Shown here in pieces: positions 12,061 through 25,185 of a stretch of DNA of 64,000 bases; position 1 is the stretch's first letter; the number at the start of each line of letters is the position of its first letter. The translations under genes and the position numbers were made by a program. This DNA comes from Rhina ancylostomus (lineage: Eukaryota). The stretch covers positions 116,623,182 through 116,687,181 of the forward strand of contig JARFYF010000001.1 of NCBI GenBank assembly GCA_030265395.1. The letters are read 5' to 3'. The notes below the pieces were generated by a model that saw nothing but the letters and a program-made list of their open reading frames with translations, had not been told where the DNA came from and ran no database searches.

Positions 12061-15000
12061 AATCTTGTCATTCTTAATATGATAGCAGAAAGTAGATAAT
12101 GTAAGGAAAGAATGAATGACCATAACATAAGTTGGTTCATGGTTAGAAGATGAAGATCGCAAAGCCTGTTTGAATAAGCTAAAATGAAAATTCCACATAA
12201 TGGAACACAAACATCACTCAGTATTTAAAGAGATGTTGAAGGTGCAAATCAGACATAGTCCTACATGAAATAAATTCATGGAGAAAAATGAGTTTCTTGC
12301 ATTGGTTGAGAAATGAAAATGAAAGCAAGACTTTAATTGCACAGGTTAATTCCAGAACTAATTGCAGAAAAGGCTAACAAAGTGAAAGGATGTGAAGAAA
12401 TTAATGTTAAGTGAGGGTATTAAANNNNNNNNNNNNNNNNNNNNNNNGGAAAAGTCTTTTAAGAAATAAAAGTTCACCAATTAGAACTGGGGGAAAGAAA
12501 AACTGAAAGCACAGCAATGATACTGACCGAGGACTTCACATTGTTTTTAGTGGAAGCTTGTGTTGGGACAGTGAAAGATACAAATGAAATGCTAGAATAG
12601 TAAAACAGGGACAATTGGAAATGAGAGCACTAAATCTTTGTGGAACTTTGAAAGTGGCCACACATCTTTACTTACTGCATGTATCCTGTAGATTTTAGGG
12701 AAGTCTTAGAGGAAATAGCAGAGGTTCTGATAAAAATGTTGTGCCGAATGGCTGGAGGTTTGCCAGTATAACAGCTCAGTTTAGAAGGGAGAAAAATAAC
12801 AAAACATCATTCTTTTAATGTTGGTTATGGCTGTTCTGTGAAGGGTAACAAGAGTAAAGTTCATGCTCACTTTAAAAAAAAATTAGGAGCAGCCCATATA
12901 GATTTGCAGAAGGAAAGTTAATTATTTTAATTAAGGAAATATAATATCTTTCAGACATGTGGTGAAGTACCGGAAAACCTTGTTGATTTGAATCCTGAAT
13001 GTGGGAATAGGAAAAGATGGAAAATTGATTAACTCTTAATTGATAACTTCACAATCTGAAGCGTTGCAATCCAGGAATTGATGTGAGGTGTACCTCAAAT
13101 TGTTCCTTCATTTCCTCTTTCTGACTCCTTAATCCCACTCAGAGCTAGCAGTCTTTATTTCTATCTTCCTTGATGGTATATGAAATGGCAGCATATGATT
13201 GCCTCCCCATGACTTGTTCAGGGGTTCAACACCTGTGCAGGTCATGATTACACATGGGTGCGGTACTCCTGAATGTCTTCTACAGAAGGGCATTGAATTG
13301 GGACTGAAGTAAAGTTGTTGGAGATTCAAACTAGTCCATGAGGAACACTTCAAGGATAGAAAACAGGAGTAGGGAGTAAAATTGGTAAGTGGAGANNNNN
13401 NNNNNNNNNNNNNNNNNNAGAAAAAGTGGAACAAACAAGATGAGGTGAAAAAGGAACATAAAGATGGAGGAAGGGACAAAGTAAGATAAGGGAATAAACT
13501 TTAGAAGAGAACAAAAAAGTAAAGTTTTGAAATAAAACTGGGTCCTCAGAGACTAATTGTGTGCAGAATCGGATGTGTGAGAATGTGGCAGCAAGCGGAT
13601 GCACAGATGCAGTTTATACAAGATGTGTTGGAGAAACTGCTTTGCATTGGGTCAGGGTTTCCAGGGGATTGTGATAGGTCCACTTTTAATAGCCCTCTCG
13701 GCATTTACAAATGAGTAGAGAAGGAAGCTGGTCCTTCCCTTGAAGTGCTAGCTATGGACATGTTGCAGGCATTGGAATCCGGATTCTAGCCAATGAGGTA
13801 TGCAGAAAGCTGTGGCAAAAAGTAATTTAAACAATCTACTAATTTAAGATTTTATAAATGAGTTTTTTAATTTTAGATTTGTAGCCTGCTCCATTTTATT
13901 TTTTCAGTCTTGCTGATCTCGCAAATCCCATCTGTTCTTCAAGATAACAACATTGTTTTAGATGAGGAAGATCATTCAACACAATTTATCAATTGAGAAA
14001 GATCCTGAAGACACAGAACAGTACATTGCAGGAACAGGCCCTTTGGCCCACAACCATTTACTGTGCCATTTAATTGCTTTTTAAATAATTGAATCTTCCT
14101 TCTCCATCTCCATCTGGAAAACTGTTCCACACCACTTTGTTGAGAAGGATTTCCCAATGGTTCTAAATTTACTGTTGTAGATTTACTTACAGTTTTGCAT
14201 ACACTATTTAAATTTTCAATTCTCTTGATTTTGAATGCTTAAGATTCTCTCCACTTACCTCCTTTCTTATCTCCAAAAGCGCAAGGGCCTTATCAATTCT
14301 TATTTCAAGGACCAGTCTTAATGATTGTTCCCAGGAATGAGTTTTTTGTTACATGGAAACCAAAGCTGGATGCAGTATTTTCTGTTGCCTTTATCGATTG
14401 CTGTTCTGCATTAGTTGGATGTGAAAACATTGTGTACTAAGGTTCACCTGTCAGCCTCTGTTTAATCAGCAATTTCAGCTTCATCCATGGAATCAGTTTT
14501 TTTTTCCTTTACACAACATTTTCCGCATTAAATTTCATCTGGTGTTATTTCTCTAACTTGTCTTGATATTTCAAAGCAACGTGGTTTGTTAGTTTAGTAT
14601 CATCTGAAAATTTGCCATTTTGCATTGAATTTCTAAATCCAGTACTTTAGCTGATATGTCTACCTAGCGCCACATGGGTCCATATTTTGCAGTGGGATAA
14701 TGAAGGCAAAACCTATCATAAGTTTGTGAAAGTGAATGCTGGCATAGATTAACACCGAAGTCAATGATTCCACTCTCCTTCACAGGATGATTTTCTTTTA
14801 GCCTTCTCCAACAGAATCAAAGAAAATCAGTTGAATTGACATAGACTTAACATATTTATGAATCAGTTTTGCTGTAAATACCCTGAAAATCTCCTACTTT
14901 GTTGTATATGGTCTGTAAACTTTTAATAGTCAGTAAATTATAATTGCTGACGAGCCATCTCCTTGGCTTTAAAATAAACTAATTTTGTGTATGGAGATTA

Positions 15001-15589
15001 TAATTCCCTCATGCAAGTATTTCAAAATATTATTGATTTTAAAATAAATAATGTTTATAATACTTCAGTTCTTAAAATCATTAAGTATGTTCTGATCCAT
15101 AGCACTTGTTTACTGTCTGATAATTTAATATGATTGACTGCTCAGCTAGCATTATGACAACACAGCTGAGATCCATGGGAACAAATGGTAAATGACTTTG
15201 GAAAGGGGAAGAACATGTCACATAGAGCACTAAATCTTTGTGAGAGTATTTCTTCATGGTCAATGGTGGGTGCTGTTACTTTGCCACTGACCACAAAATT
15301 CAGGTCAAGATAATTTTCACCGAAGTTAAAATATGGTATTTATCTAGCATTTGCTGTGTTTAATATATAAATGGTACTTCATCTGCTTCATCAGTCACCT
15401 TCCTTGCACTTGTTCAGTTGTAACAGTGCATGCTGCTGATCGTACAACATTCAGTTCTGTTTGCTACTGTTTAGAAAATGAAGCAGCCCATGCCTGCATG
15501 CAGCAAGACTAATAATTGGCAAGTGGCATTCACATGGCACCACTGGTAGGCAATAACCATCTTCAATAAGAGAGACTGATTAACTTCTT

Positions 15590-16560
15590 ATCCCAAGGCT
15601 ATGCCTCTCTCATCCTCTCCCCTCTCTTCACCCCAATGCTTAGTTCTAGACTCTCCAACTGAAGAAAAGAGCCTCCTGGTACTTAACCTATTATTCCTTT
15701 CAAAATCTTGTTCATTCCATTGAGATTGCCTCTAATTTCTTTAAATTGCAGTGAATATAGGCCCTGCTTACTTGTATCTCTTCATAGTGCAATACCCTAA
15801 TCCCAGGAATTGTTATACATAGCAATGTGGAGTGAAGTCCTAAACTAAGGCATCCATTGGGTATGGAGGGAAAAAGAGCACGCAGAGCTTCACAGGGGGT
15901 CTCACCAAGTCTTTGTTGCTTTGATATTCCAGCCCACTTAGGATAAAGGCCAGCATACCATTTGCCTTTGTGACTGCTGCTTGTAACTGCAAGTTTATTT
16001 ACTGAACCTTTTGAATCAACACACTAAGATTCATTATGCAACGTGGATTTTTTTTCCCTTCAATCAATGTGTGTAACCTCATATTGTATTCCATCTACAA
16101 CTGTCTTGCCTACTCACTTAACCTGTCTTTATCCCTGTGCTAATGTCATGCCCTCCTTCCAGCTCAGTTTCCAACCTAGTTTTATGCCATCAATAAACTT
16201 GGGTGCTATACTTCATCTTTTCTGCTAAGTCATCGATAAAAACTAAGTAGCTTAGAACTTGGTACTAGTCCCTGTGGCACCTTGCCAATAATAGACTGCC
16301 AATGTGAAAACAATCCCTTTATTCGAATAATGCATTCTGTCCTTGAACCAAGCTTCGATCCATGCTGATGCATTTTCCTCCTTAATCCCACATGATCTTA
16401 TTTAATGTTAAACCTTTGGGGGTTAGCTTAATCAAATGCATTTTGAAAATCATCAGATATTACAACTACTACTTACCCTTGCCTCAACCTACCTGCTGTT
16501 CTGGTTGCATCCTGGCAAAAGATCTACACTAGTTTTTGCCTTTGTGTGACCATGTTGTTA
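15590..16560 (-). mobile_element. CR1 fragment (old)
   Basis: Reverse similarity to CR1 RT/tail (ggccagcataccatttgcc, tcaaatgcattttgaaaatc = DFQNAFD). Confidence 0.65.
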
Positions 16561-18589
16561 CTCTATTGGATTTGTGAAACATGATTTTTTTTGTTAAACC
16601 ATGTTGATTTCTTAATAAAATTCTGATTTTCTGTATGTTCTGTTAATACTTTCCTTAATGATGGACTCTGGCAGTAGCATTTACATCTGGAAACCCCAAA
16701 ACCTCTCCAAACTCTGCAGGGCAACCAGGAATGTGATGGAATAGTCCCCATTGCTGTTCCAACAACATTGAAGAAGCTTGACACCATCCAGGAGCAGACT
16801 GCTTGATTGCCATCCATCCATCACGCCCTCCACTACTGAAGCTTATACCACATCTGTTCATAGTCAAGGCTAATTTGCCAGTACTCTTGAACCCACAGCC
16901 TCTTACTAGCAAGATGAACATGGAGTGAAGATGTGTGAAAACACCAACTGCAGGTTCTTCTCCAAGTCGACCACTATCTAACCTGGAAGTATAGAGGTTC
17001 ACAGATTACAAATGATCTGATTTACAGAAATCCAACTTTATGCAAATTCTCCCATACATTTTTTAAGTATTTTTCAAGCTACAAATAAATATTTTGTGAT
17101 ATTCATTAATGACTTAATGCAGTGTACATTCCATTAGTTTAATTATGGTATTGTTAGGGTGATTATTCAATGAAGTGAAAGAATTATAACAACTATACAT
17201 AGAGCAATATGATGTGGCCAGCTTTAGAAAATGGAACCTTATATAACCAGAGGACTGCCTTCATCATTGATATACATAATTCCTAAAATACCTAAGCCAA
17301 AGAGGAGTATTTTCACTTGATGGACTACAGTAGTTCAAGAGGCTTCTCTAGAACTATCGGGGATGGTGATAAATACTGATTTTTCCAGCAACACCTTACT
17401 GTAAGAGAATAATACATTACAAACCACGAAAATTGAATTTTAGGTTCCAAATTTAGTGCTAGGTATTTAGTGAGTAACATTTTTTAAAAAACTGAGAATC
17501 AGTTGATGGCTGGCAACATTTTCTAACAGACACAAAACTTGATTTGAGTGTTGTCATTTTTCTGATAGCATTGAAATTTCCAGTAGTATTTAATCCACAG
17601 AATAGTATTCCTTTTATTTAACTGAAGACTTTGGTATCAAAATGGTGTAACCTTGATTCTGTTGGCTTCTTAGAGGTGCAGGTTAGAGTTTCAGCTTGGT
17701 TGTGTTGGCATTTTTAGCATAATTTACACAATGTTGGCAAGTGATTGAAGACTTCCAAGCATGAACAGGGGAATTGGAGTTCCTCCATTGTTTGCATTAG
17801 TTTACAGACCACTTGTGCTAGAATCTATCCCCCTCCAGAAAATTGTGCAAATCCCCAGGTCAAATTAATCACCGTTATCAAGTTGCTTTAAGTTTTGAGA
17901 AGGAGCTAAAAAATCCTTTAGATACAAGGGTCCCAATAGGTCCTTTTGAATGGGTTTTAATTGTGATTTTTTTTGTGCCCTATTACTACATCCCTTAATG
18001 ATGTATTCCAGCAGTGACATCTGTGCTTGTCCTCCCCATAGCCTTTCCACAATTTACCAAAACTGACTATCATATCATAGTTATACCAATTAATAGTGCC
18101 ATCTGCCTTTTTCAGGTAAGCATAATAACAATTATTTTTGCAATTAAATTTGTTTTTAGTTATTAAGTTTGCATTTGATCACCACTCTTAAATAATTTTT
18201 AATGCAAGGAAATTAATCAAAATGCAGTGTTATTGTGCTGATTCATGAATGATTTTACAGTTACAAAGGTTTGATCAGAAACTTAAACTAAAGTTTACTC
18301 TCAGAACATCAATGCAATTTTCAGTGCCGTTTACACTTGGATTGTGGTTATTCTTAAAGAGTGAATTATACCAACAACAACTTACATTTATATAGTGTCT
18401 TTAATCTAGAAAAACATCACAAAATGCAGGCTAAATCCAATCCAGCTGTCCAATTTGTCTACTTTCATTGGCAGAGTTATGGGTGGTGTTATCAAAAGCA
18501 CAATCAAATAATTCTTATGCTCCAAGAGCATGCTCACCCGCTCAGTTTGAGTTTTACTAAGAAGACTCCTTGGCTTCAGAACTCATTGT

Positions 18590-19410
18590 AGCCTTCGTCC
18601 AAACATGGACCACAGAGCTGAATTCCAAAGGTGAGGTGAGAGTGGTTACCCTTTGACATCAAGGCAGTGATTTTCATGGTATGTGATGTCAAGTAGCTTT
18701 GGTAAAAACTGAAGTCATTTAGTGTCAAGAGCAAAGCATTCCAATGGTTGAAACCATATCTTGCTCAAAGGAAATGGTTATGGTTATTTTAAATCCATTT
18801 CATCCTAGTCCCTGAATATCACAGCAGGAGTTCCTTGGGGCAGCATTTTAGACCCATCCATCTTCAGCTGTTTCATCAATAACTTTTCATCATAATGTTA
18901 GAAGTAGGGATGTTTGCTGATGGTGCAATGTGGAAATCTATTTGCAACTCCACAGAAAATGAAGCCATTGACTTGATGCAACAGGACCTAGATGACATTC
19001 AGGTATAGCCTGATAAGTGGGATATAACAATTGCTTCGCAAAAATACCAGTCAATAACCATTTTCAACAAGAGAGGACCTAACAACCACCCTTGAGATTC
19101 AATATATTCCCATGCTGAATATCCCGCCATCAATGTCCTAGGGATTACAATTGATTAAAAACTTGCCTGGACCAGCCACATAAATACAGTATGTGTGTAC
19201 AGGGGCAGACCAGAAGCTAAATATACTTCCTGCCATCTTAATGTCATTCCCTCTTCGACAAGATACAAGTCAGAAGCATGGAGGAATGCTTTCCACTTGC
19301 TTGGATGAATGTGGCTTCAACAACTCAAGAAACTCAATCCAGGGCAAAGTAGCTCACTTATCTATCAACCTCAGCATTCATTCCTTCCACCACTCTCACC
19401 TTGTGATGTA
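18590..19410 (+). mobile_element. Second non-LTR family (CR1/L2 group) RT fragment; related tails at ~4420-4590, ~16690-17400, ~26105-26275, ~54690-55225
   Basis: EVRVV, (L)DIKA, QWLKPYLAQRK, AGVPWGSIL, IFSCFIN, VGMFAD motifs across frameshifts; shared tail gcaattagggatggg...aaatgctggtct. Confidence 0.7.
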
Positions 19411-20419
19411 CTCTGCTGCTGCTGCAAAAAGCTAATTTTCATGGCATTTATGCCCTGTGTGTATGTCTATGATAGCAATAAACTTGAACACTGTTGCCGC
19501 AGTATGTTTATCTAAGTGCATGTGAAATCACATATTAGAAACTTAGAGGCTTCTTCTGCTAATTTTATCTCAGTGTCTATTGTGAAAAGCAAAGAAGTAA
19601 TTCTACNNNNNNNNNNNNNNNNNNNNNNNNNNNNNNNNNNNNNNNNNNNNNNNNNNNNNNNNNNNNNNNNNNNNNNNNNNNNNNNNNNNNNNNNNNNNNN
19701 NNNNNNTAATTCTACAAAGCCTCCATTTAATGAAAACATTGTGAGAAGGCAAGCATTAATGTAAGAGTTCATCGAGGTTGCCTGCTATATTTAAGTCACT
19801 TGTATAATTATTGAACAGTGATGGCATTGTTTCTGTAAGTGCTGTGCATTCATTTGAATGTCTGGATTATTTGATATAAGGAAAGGGTGAAAAAGTTGGG
19901 AATGGTTATGATATTCTCAAAGATTTATGGATGATATCAGGTGACTCAGTAAATCCTTTGGGCATGGTGCTTTATTGTAGTTATCTAAAATAGTATTTAT
20001 GTTTGCCTTAAGTTAGATATGATCAAGCACAACAATTTATCTTATAATAATCAACCTACATATTTTACTCTGCTACAGGTCTAAGCTGTAACATCTGTAA
20101 TATTTTCTGATATGTGGGAAAACTTGCAGCAAAACAAATGAAATATTTCTGCCCTGCAGAATTGAAGCATTGCCATCTTGTAATTACTTATTAAATGGAA
20201 CATCTCCACTATTATTGCTAAAGAGATTCCTTTCTCTAAGAAGCAGGACAAAACAAAATGAGGGTAATTCTGAGATTACAGCAGCAAAAATATGTTCTTA
20301 TGACACCTTTTAATATTTGGACCAACATGGACCTGGCTTTTTTACTGCGATTTACTCTATTAAACATTGTGAGAAAATCATAATACCAATAAACAGAGAC
20401 AACATGATCACATGAATGG

Positions 20420-21250
20420 AAAACAAAACAGCAAATACTGGAAATCTGAGTTAGAAAGAAAAGTGGAAAAATTCTGCAGTCAGGCAGTATCTGGGAAGAG
20501 AGGAATTGGGTTAATATTTCAAATTGGTGACCTTTCATCAGAACTACAAGAGCCATGTTCAAGTGGCATTTAGGTAGGCAGGGAATGGAAGGATACAGAT
20601 CAAGGGCAGACGGATGGGATTAGTTTAAATAAGCATGATGGTCAGCACAGACATCGTGAGGCAAAGGGCCTGTTCCTGTGCTGTACTATTCTATGCTTTA
20701 TGTAACTGAGAAGGATTAGAAATCAAATATGTTTTAAGTTGCAGTGAAATGCGGAGTGTTGGTGAGGAAAAAATGTGGTAGATTGGAGACCAAGAGAGAC
20801 TAAATGGTACAAGTGATGGTGGTGCTGGAGGAGCTGTAACCAGAAGATGAATGAAAGTAGAGAGAAAAAACAAATACTGGAACCATGAAACGCAGAGCAC
20901 AAGATATGTAAAATGGGGGTAATTCTGAGATTACAGCAGTAAAAATACATTGCAGCAGTTGCAGGAAGTCTATCATGAAAACAGAATGCAAGTTAGGTAG
21001 TATCTATGGAGGGAGAAAAGCAGAATTAATATTTCAGGTAAATAACCTCTTGTCTGAAGCAACACACCAGCTCATGCCAACTTGTGCTCCTCCCCCTCCC
21101 CCAACTCTTTTATTCTAGTTTCTGCCCTCTTTCTAGTCCTGATAAAGAGTCTTGGCCTGAAACGTCGATTGTCCATTTCCTTCCATTAACGCTTCCTTCA
21201 GCATTTTGTGTGTTGTTCCAGATTTCCAGCATCTGTGGTCTCCCTTGTGT
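20420..21250. mobile_element. Cluster of Penelope-derived terminal repeats in both orientations with a nested CR1 tail (~20560-20700)
   Basis: Repeat unit ctgatga-stem-gaaa...gatgctgcctg...ccagcattttgtg shared with other copies in the window. Confidence 0.65.
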
Positions 21251-22599
21251 CAACTTTTTGTCTAAACTAGCCAATTATGATAGAAACTGAAAAGGCTGAT
21301 TATCTGAAATTATTGTGCCTTTTTTCATTTTAAATTTATTGTGTAGGACAAGGACAATCCCAAGTATACACTCACCCCTTGTTATTTGCTGATTTGCTAC
21401 CTCTGTACTCGCAAGGTTAGCCCCAGACCCTATCTCGAATTCTTTCTAACAAATATATCTGTGTATATGTTTATAACTTGAGGAAACAATCATTGTCTGT
21501 ATAAATGTGGTCATCACTTTCCTGTCCACTTGTATGAAGTGGCTCCCTACTGTGCACTGTTCTAATTGAGAGTTGTCAGTTTACAAAGCTGCACCTTTTA
21601 ATTTCAAAATTTATTGCTGCTTGTAAATCTCAATAGAAATTTTGCTTGTTAATATTTCCTTTGATGTATTGAAATGTTTTAATTATGTTTGTTAATGTGT
21701 GATAATGGCTTTAGAACATTATTGGGGATATTTATGTTTATTCGGGGGCTGAATTGGATACAAAGGAGAAGACCTTGGTGTGTTTTTTATCTCGAGGAAG
21801 TATATGCCCTACTGTTCATGGATAATGAGGACTTGGTGTAGTTCTAGTATTTAGGTCTTCCTGAAAATGTGGAAAGTAATATACCAATCTGTTGGCACTA
21901 CTGTACAATACTTAATTTGGTTCACTAGACATTGATGTTGTGATTAGTTAAATTATTGTTTTGAATTCATCACATCTAGCAAAATTTAAGCACGTAATTG
22001 TTTAATTCTTGTAATTTTTGTGTAGACCATGGCATTTAAACTGAAATAGCTGGGTTTTTACACGCTGCAGAGGATGACTGCATGCAGGATACTGTCAGGA
22101 AGACAATATTTTCAGTGAAAGGAAATGGCGACAAAATGTGGTTTCCTGAAATACCTTCTGTGATTTTCGTGTCCAAGCAGGCCAGTGAGCAACGTTGACT
22201 GCATAGTTTTGCCTATGTGATTTTTTAAAATATATTTTGGTTCTGGATCATGGTATTTTAGTGATTTTTAATTTATGTAAATAACCCATTGACTTGAATA
22301 ATGGGTTATAACCATCACGGATTCATAAATAGATTTGAGAACACATGAGCCAAGATGGGGGCATGAACAGAAAATGGAGACTGCACATCAGAGTTAATGT
22401 AAGTCTCATGCTGAATAAATAGACGTAGCCTTTCATCAGAGATCTCTACGGTGCTATTAGTGTCTGCTCCTACTTTGTGGTTTTTCACTTAATGGGTTAA
22501 ATAGTCCATCAGCTAAGTTGAATCTGGCTGGATAATTGTTTTGTTGCCAGCTATGTGAAACCTTTTTAGGACCTTTTTCAGTGAAGTATTATTTGCAAT

Positions 22600-23080
22600 A
22601 GAAAAACATCGCACTGGAGAGGGTACAGAAGTTCACCAGCATCTTGTCTGGGATGGAAAGGGAGATTGGATAGGCCTTGGTCTCTTTTCCTTGGAGTAGA
22701 GGAGGCTGAGGGGGGGGACCTGCTAGAAGTTCACAAAATTACAAGAGGCATAGATAAGGCAGATAGTAAGAAACTTTTCCCCATGACAGGTGTTTAAGAC
22801 CACAGGGCATAGCTTTAAGTAGAGGAATAGGAGGGTTAGAAGGAATCAGAGGAAGAATTTTCTTTTTCACCCAGAGAATGGTTGCAATTTGGAATGCACT
22901 GCCTGAGAAGGTGATGGAAGTGGGTACTCTTGCAACATCAAAGAAGCACTTGAACAAACACTAAAATCACCAAGGCATAGTATATTATGGACAAAGTGCT
23001 GGTTAATGGAGTTAGTATAAATAAGACTTGATAGTCAGCAAGGACCTCTTTCTGTGCCATGTGTCTTTATGATTGCATGA
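22600..23080 (+). mobile_element. CR1 3' end
   Basis: LERVQK, LFSLE*RRLRG, FFTQRMVAIWNALP motifs. Confidence 0.85.
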
Positions 23081-23259
23081 CTATAAATTTAATGAAATAT
23101 GAAAAGTCTGATTCTGACTGTTCTTGCTTTTATGTGACTGAAAACTATTCAGTGGCTGACTGAAAACAGGTACATTTAATTAGTTCTGCATTGTAATTGG
23201 TGCATTAAATAGATTTTTTTAAAATTGGTACTCTCTGCTACCTTCAATGAGATTTCACT

Positions 23260-24160
23260 AGCTGACACCACTTCTCCCCTCACCTTTTCAGCATTTGTAA
23301 GGGCATGCTCCCTCCACGACTCTGGTCCAGTCTTCCATTTGCACCAACCACTATCCTCATGACAATTTGCAACTGCAAATGATGATGTATCATTTACCGC
23401 TATTCTTTTCAGTATTCACAATGCATCTCCTCCATGTTAGTCCACAGATTAGGCGACTGCTTTGAAGAACACCTCTATTCTGACCATAAAGGTGACCCTG
23501 AACTACCAGTTTCTGTCATTCTTATTCTTCCTCAGACTCCCACTTCGATTTCTCTTGACTTTGTCCACCCATACTGCTCCAATGATGCCTAATGTAAGGA
23601 ACAACAACTCCTCTTCCATCTGGGAACATTGCAGCTGTTGGGACTTAGTATTCAAATTAACAATTTCAGGTAACTAGCCTTTCCTGAAAATCAATAAAAC
23701 TGCAGATGCTGGAAATGTAAAACAAAAATAGAAAATGCTGGAAATGTTCACCAGGTCAGGCAGCATCTGTTGAAAGAGAAACAGTCAACGTTCCTGTTTG
23801 TATAAGAACTCCACCTGTAACATTAACTCAGTTCTTTTCTCCACAGATACTGCCTGATATGCTGAGTATTTCCAGAATTCTTATTTATTTCTAATTTGCA
23901 GCCAACATATTCTTTTGTTTCTTGCCTCTCTCTGTAACTTTTGACTTTGAAAGTAATTGTGTTGCCAGGCAACTGTGGTTTTCACCCAGTCATAGAAATT
24001 CTCTACCCTTCTCCCATGCAACTTAAGACATTGTTTTCTCATTGGTTCAGTTCGTGCATTCAAAATGTTAATTCTGTTTATCCTTCCAGTTGCTGCCTGA
24101 CCTATTGAATGTTTTCAGCATTTTCTGATTTTGTTTCAGATTTCCAGCATTTGCAGTTTA
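23260..24160 (+). mobile_element. Penelope-like element 3' remnant: GIY-YIG endonuclease C-terminus plus inverted/direct terminal repeat copies
   Basis: RLGDCFEEHL, PELPVS, EQQLLFHLGTLQ..GLSIQINNFR* matches the PLE EN end; followed by a hairpin pair at ~23695-23900. Confidence 0.75.
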
Positions 24161-24214
24161 TTATGTCAACAAAAAGGGATCTAGTGGGTTGAATTAAAAT
24201 TTTTAAAACATTTT

Positions 24215-24600
24215 ATTTACAGTGTGGTAACAGGCCCTTCCGGCCCAACGAGTCCATACTGCCCATTTTAAACCCCAAGTTAACCTACCTGTACATCTTT
24301 GGAATGTGGGAGGAAACCAGAGCACCCAGAGGAAACCCACACAGACACGGGAGAACATACAAACTCCTTACANNNNNNNNNNNNNNNNNNNNNNNNNNNN
24401 NNNNNNNNNNNNNNNNNNNNNNNNNNNNNNNNNNNNNNNNNNNNNNNNNNNNNNNNNNNNNNNNNNNNNNNNGCACCCAGAGGAAACCCACACAGACACG
24501 GGAGAACATACAAACTCCTTACAGGCAGCGGCGGGAATCGAACCCAGGTTGCTGGAGCTGTAATAGCGTTGTGCTAACCACTACACTACTTTGCTGCCCC
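24215..24600 (-). mobile_element. Young V-SINE spanning a 100-N gap
   Basis: Reverse V-domain, B-box-like ggcgggaatcgaaccc with CpGs retained, CR1-type tail caggcccttccggccc. Confidence 0.85.
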
Positions 24601-24864
24601 AAAAAGCTGTACTAATTTGGGAAATACCAGAAAATATTAAGTCACTATTATTTAATATTTTCACTGCTTGGAGCTCTCAGCTGTCATATCCATTCCTGCA
24701 CCAAGTCCTGCTCACTATTACTGTTGTTCTCACTAACATGCTTTTTAACTCATTTGCCTGTGTTTTTTTTTCTCTTTCACGTTCTTCAGGATGTTTTTCT
24801 ATATTAGAGTAACTATGCATGTGCATGTAGCTGTTGGTGAATAATGATAAAATAATTCAGAACA

Positions 24865-25185
24865 GAACTGCGCTGTTGAAAATCTTGTCTTTCAGATGAG
24901 ATATTAAACCAAGGCCTTATTTGTTTACTCATGCAGATATAAATAGTGCCAGCATTTTTGAAGAAAGCACCTTGTTCTCTAGGTGCCCTGGGCTATGTTC
25001 TTCCTTCAGCACGACAGATTATCTGTTTATGCAATCATTCATTTGTTGATTGTTTGCCCTTTTCATATAACAGATTGCTGCATTTGCCTACATGACAGTG
25101 GCCACTCTTCAGAATTAATTGACTTGACTAGAAAAGTGCTTGGGATATTCAGAGGACATGGTATAGTGTAGATGTGCAGTTATTT
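24865..25185 (+). mobile_element. Deu-domain SINE (SacSINE1/AmnSINE1 superfamily), old copy
   Basis: gtctttcagatgagatattaaaccaaggcc ... acagattatctg ... gctgcatttgcctacat matches the Deu core as recalled. Confidence 0.7.

Noticed and set aside
21900-22560. Repeat-poor intronic stretch as conserved enhancer or cryptic exon
   Set aside because: No supportable splice pair, ORF or motif cluster without comparative data
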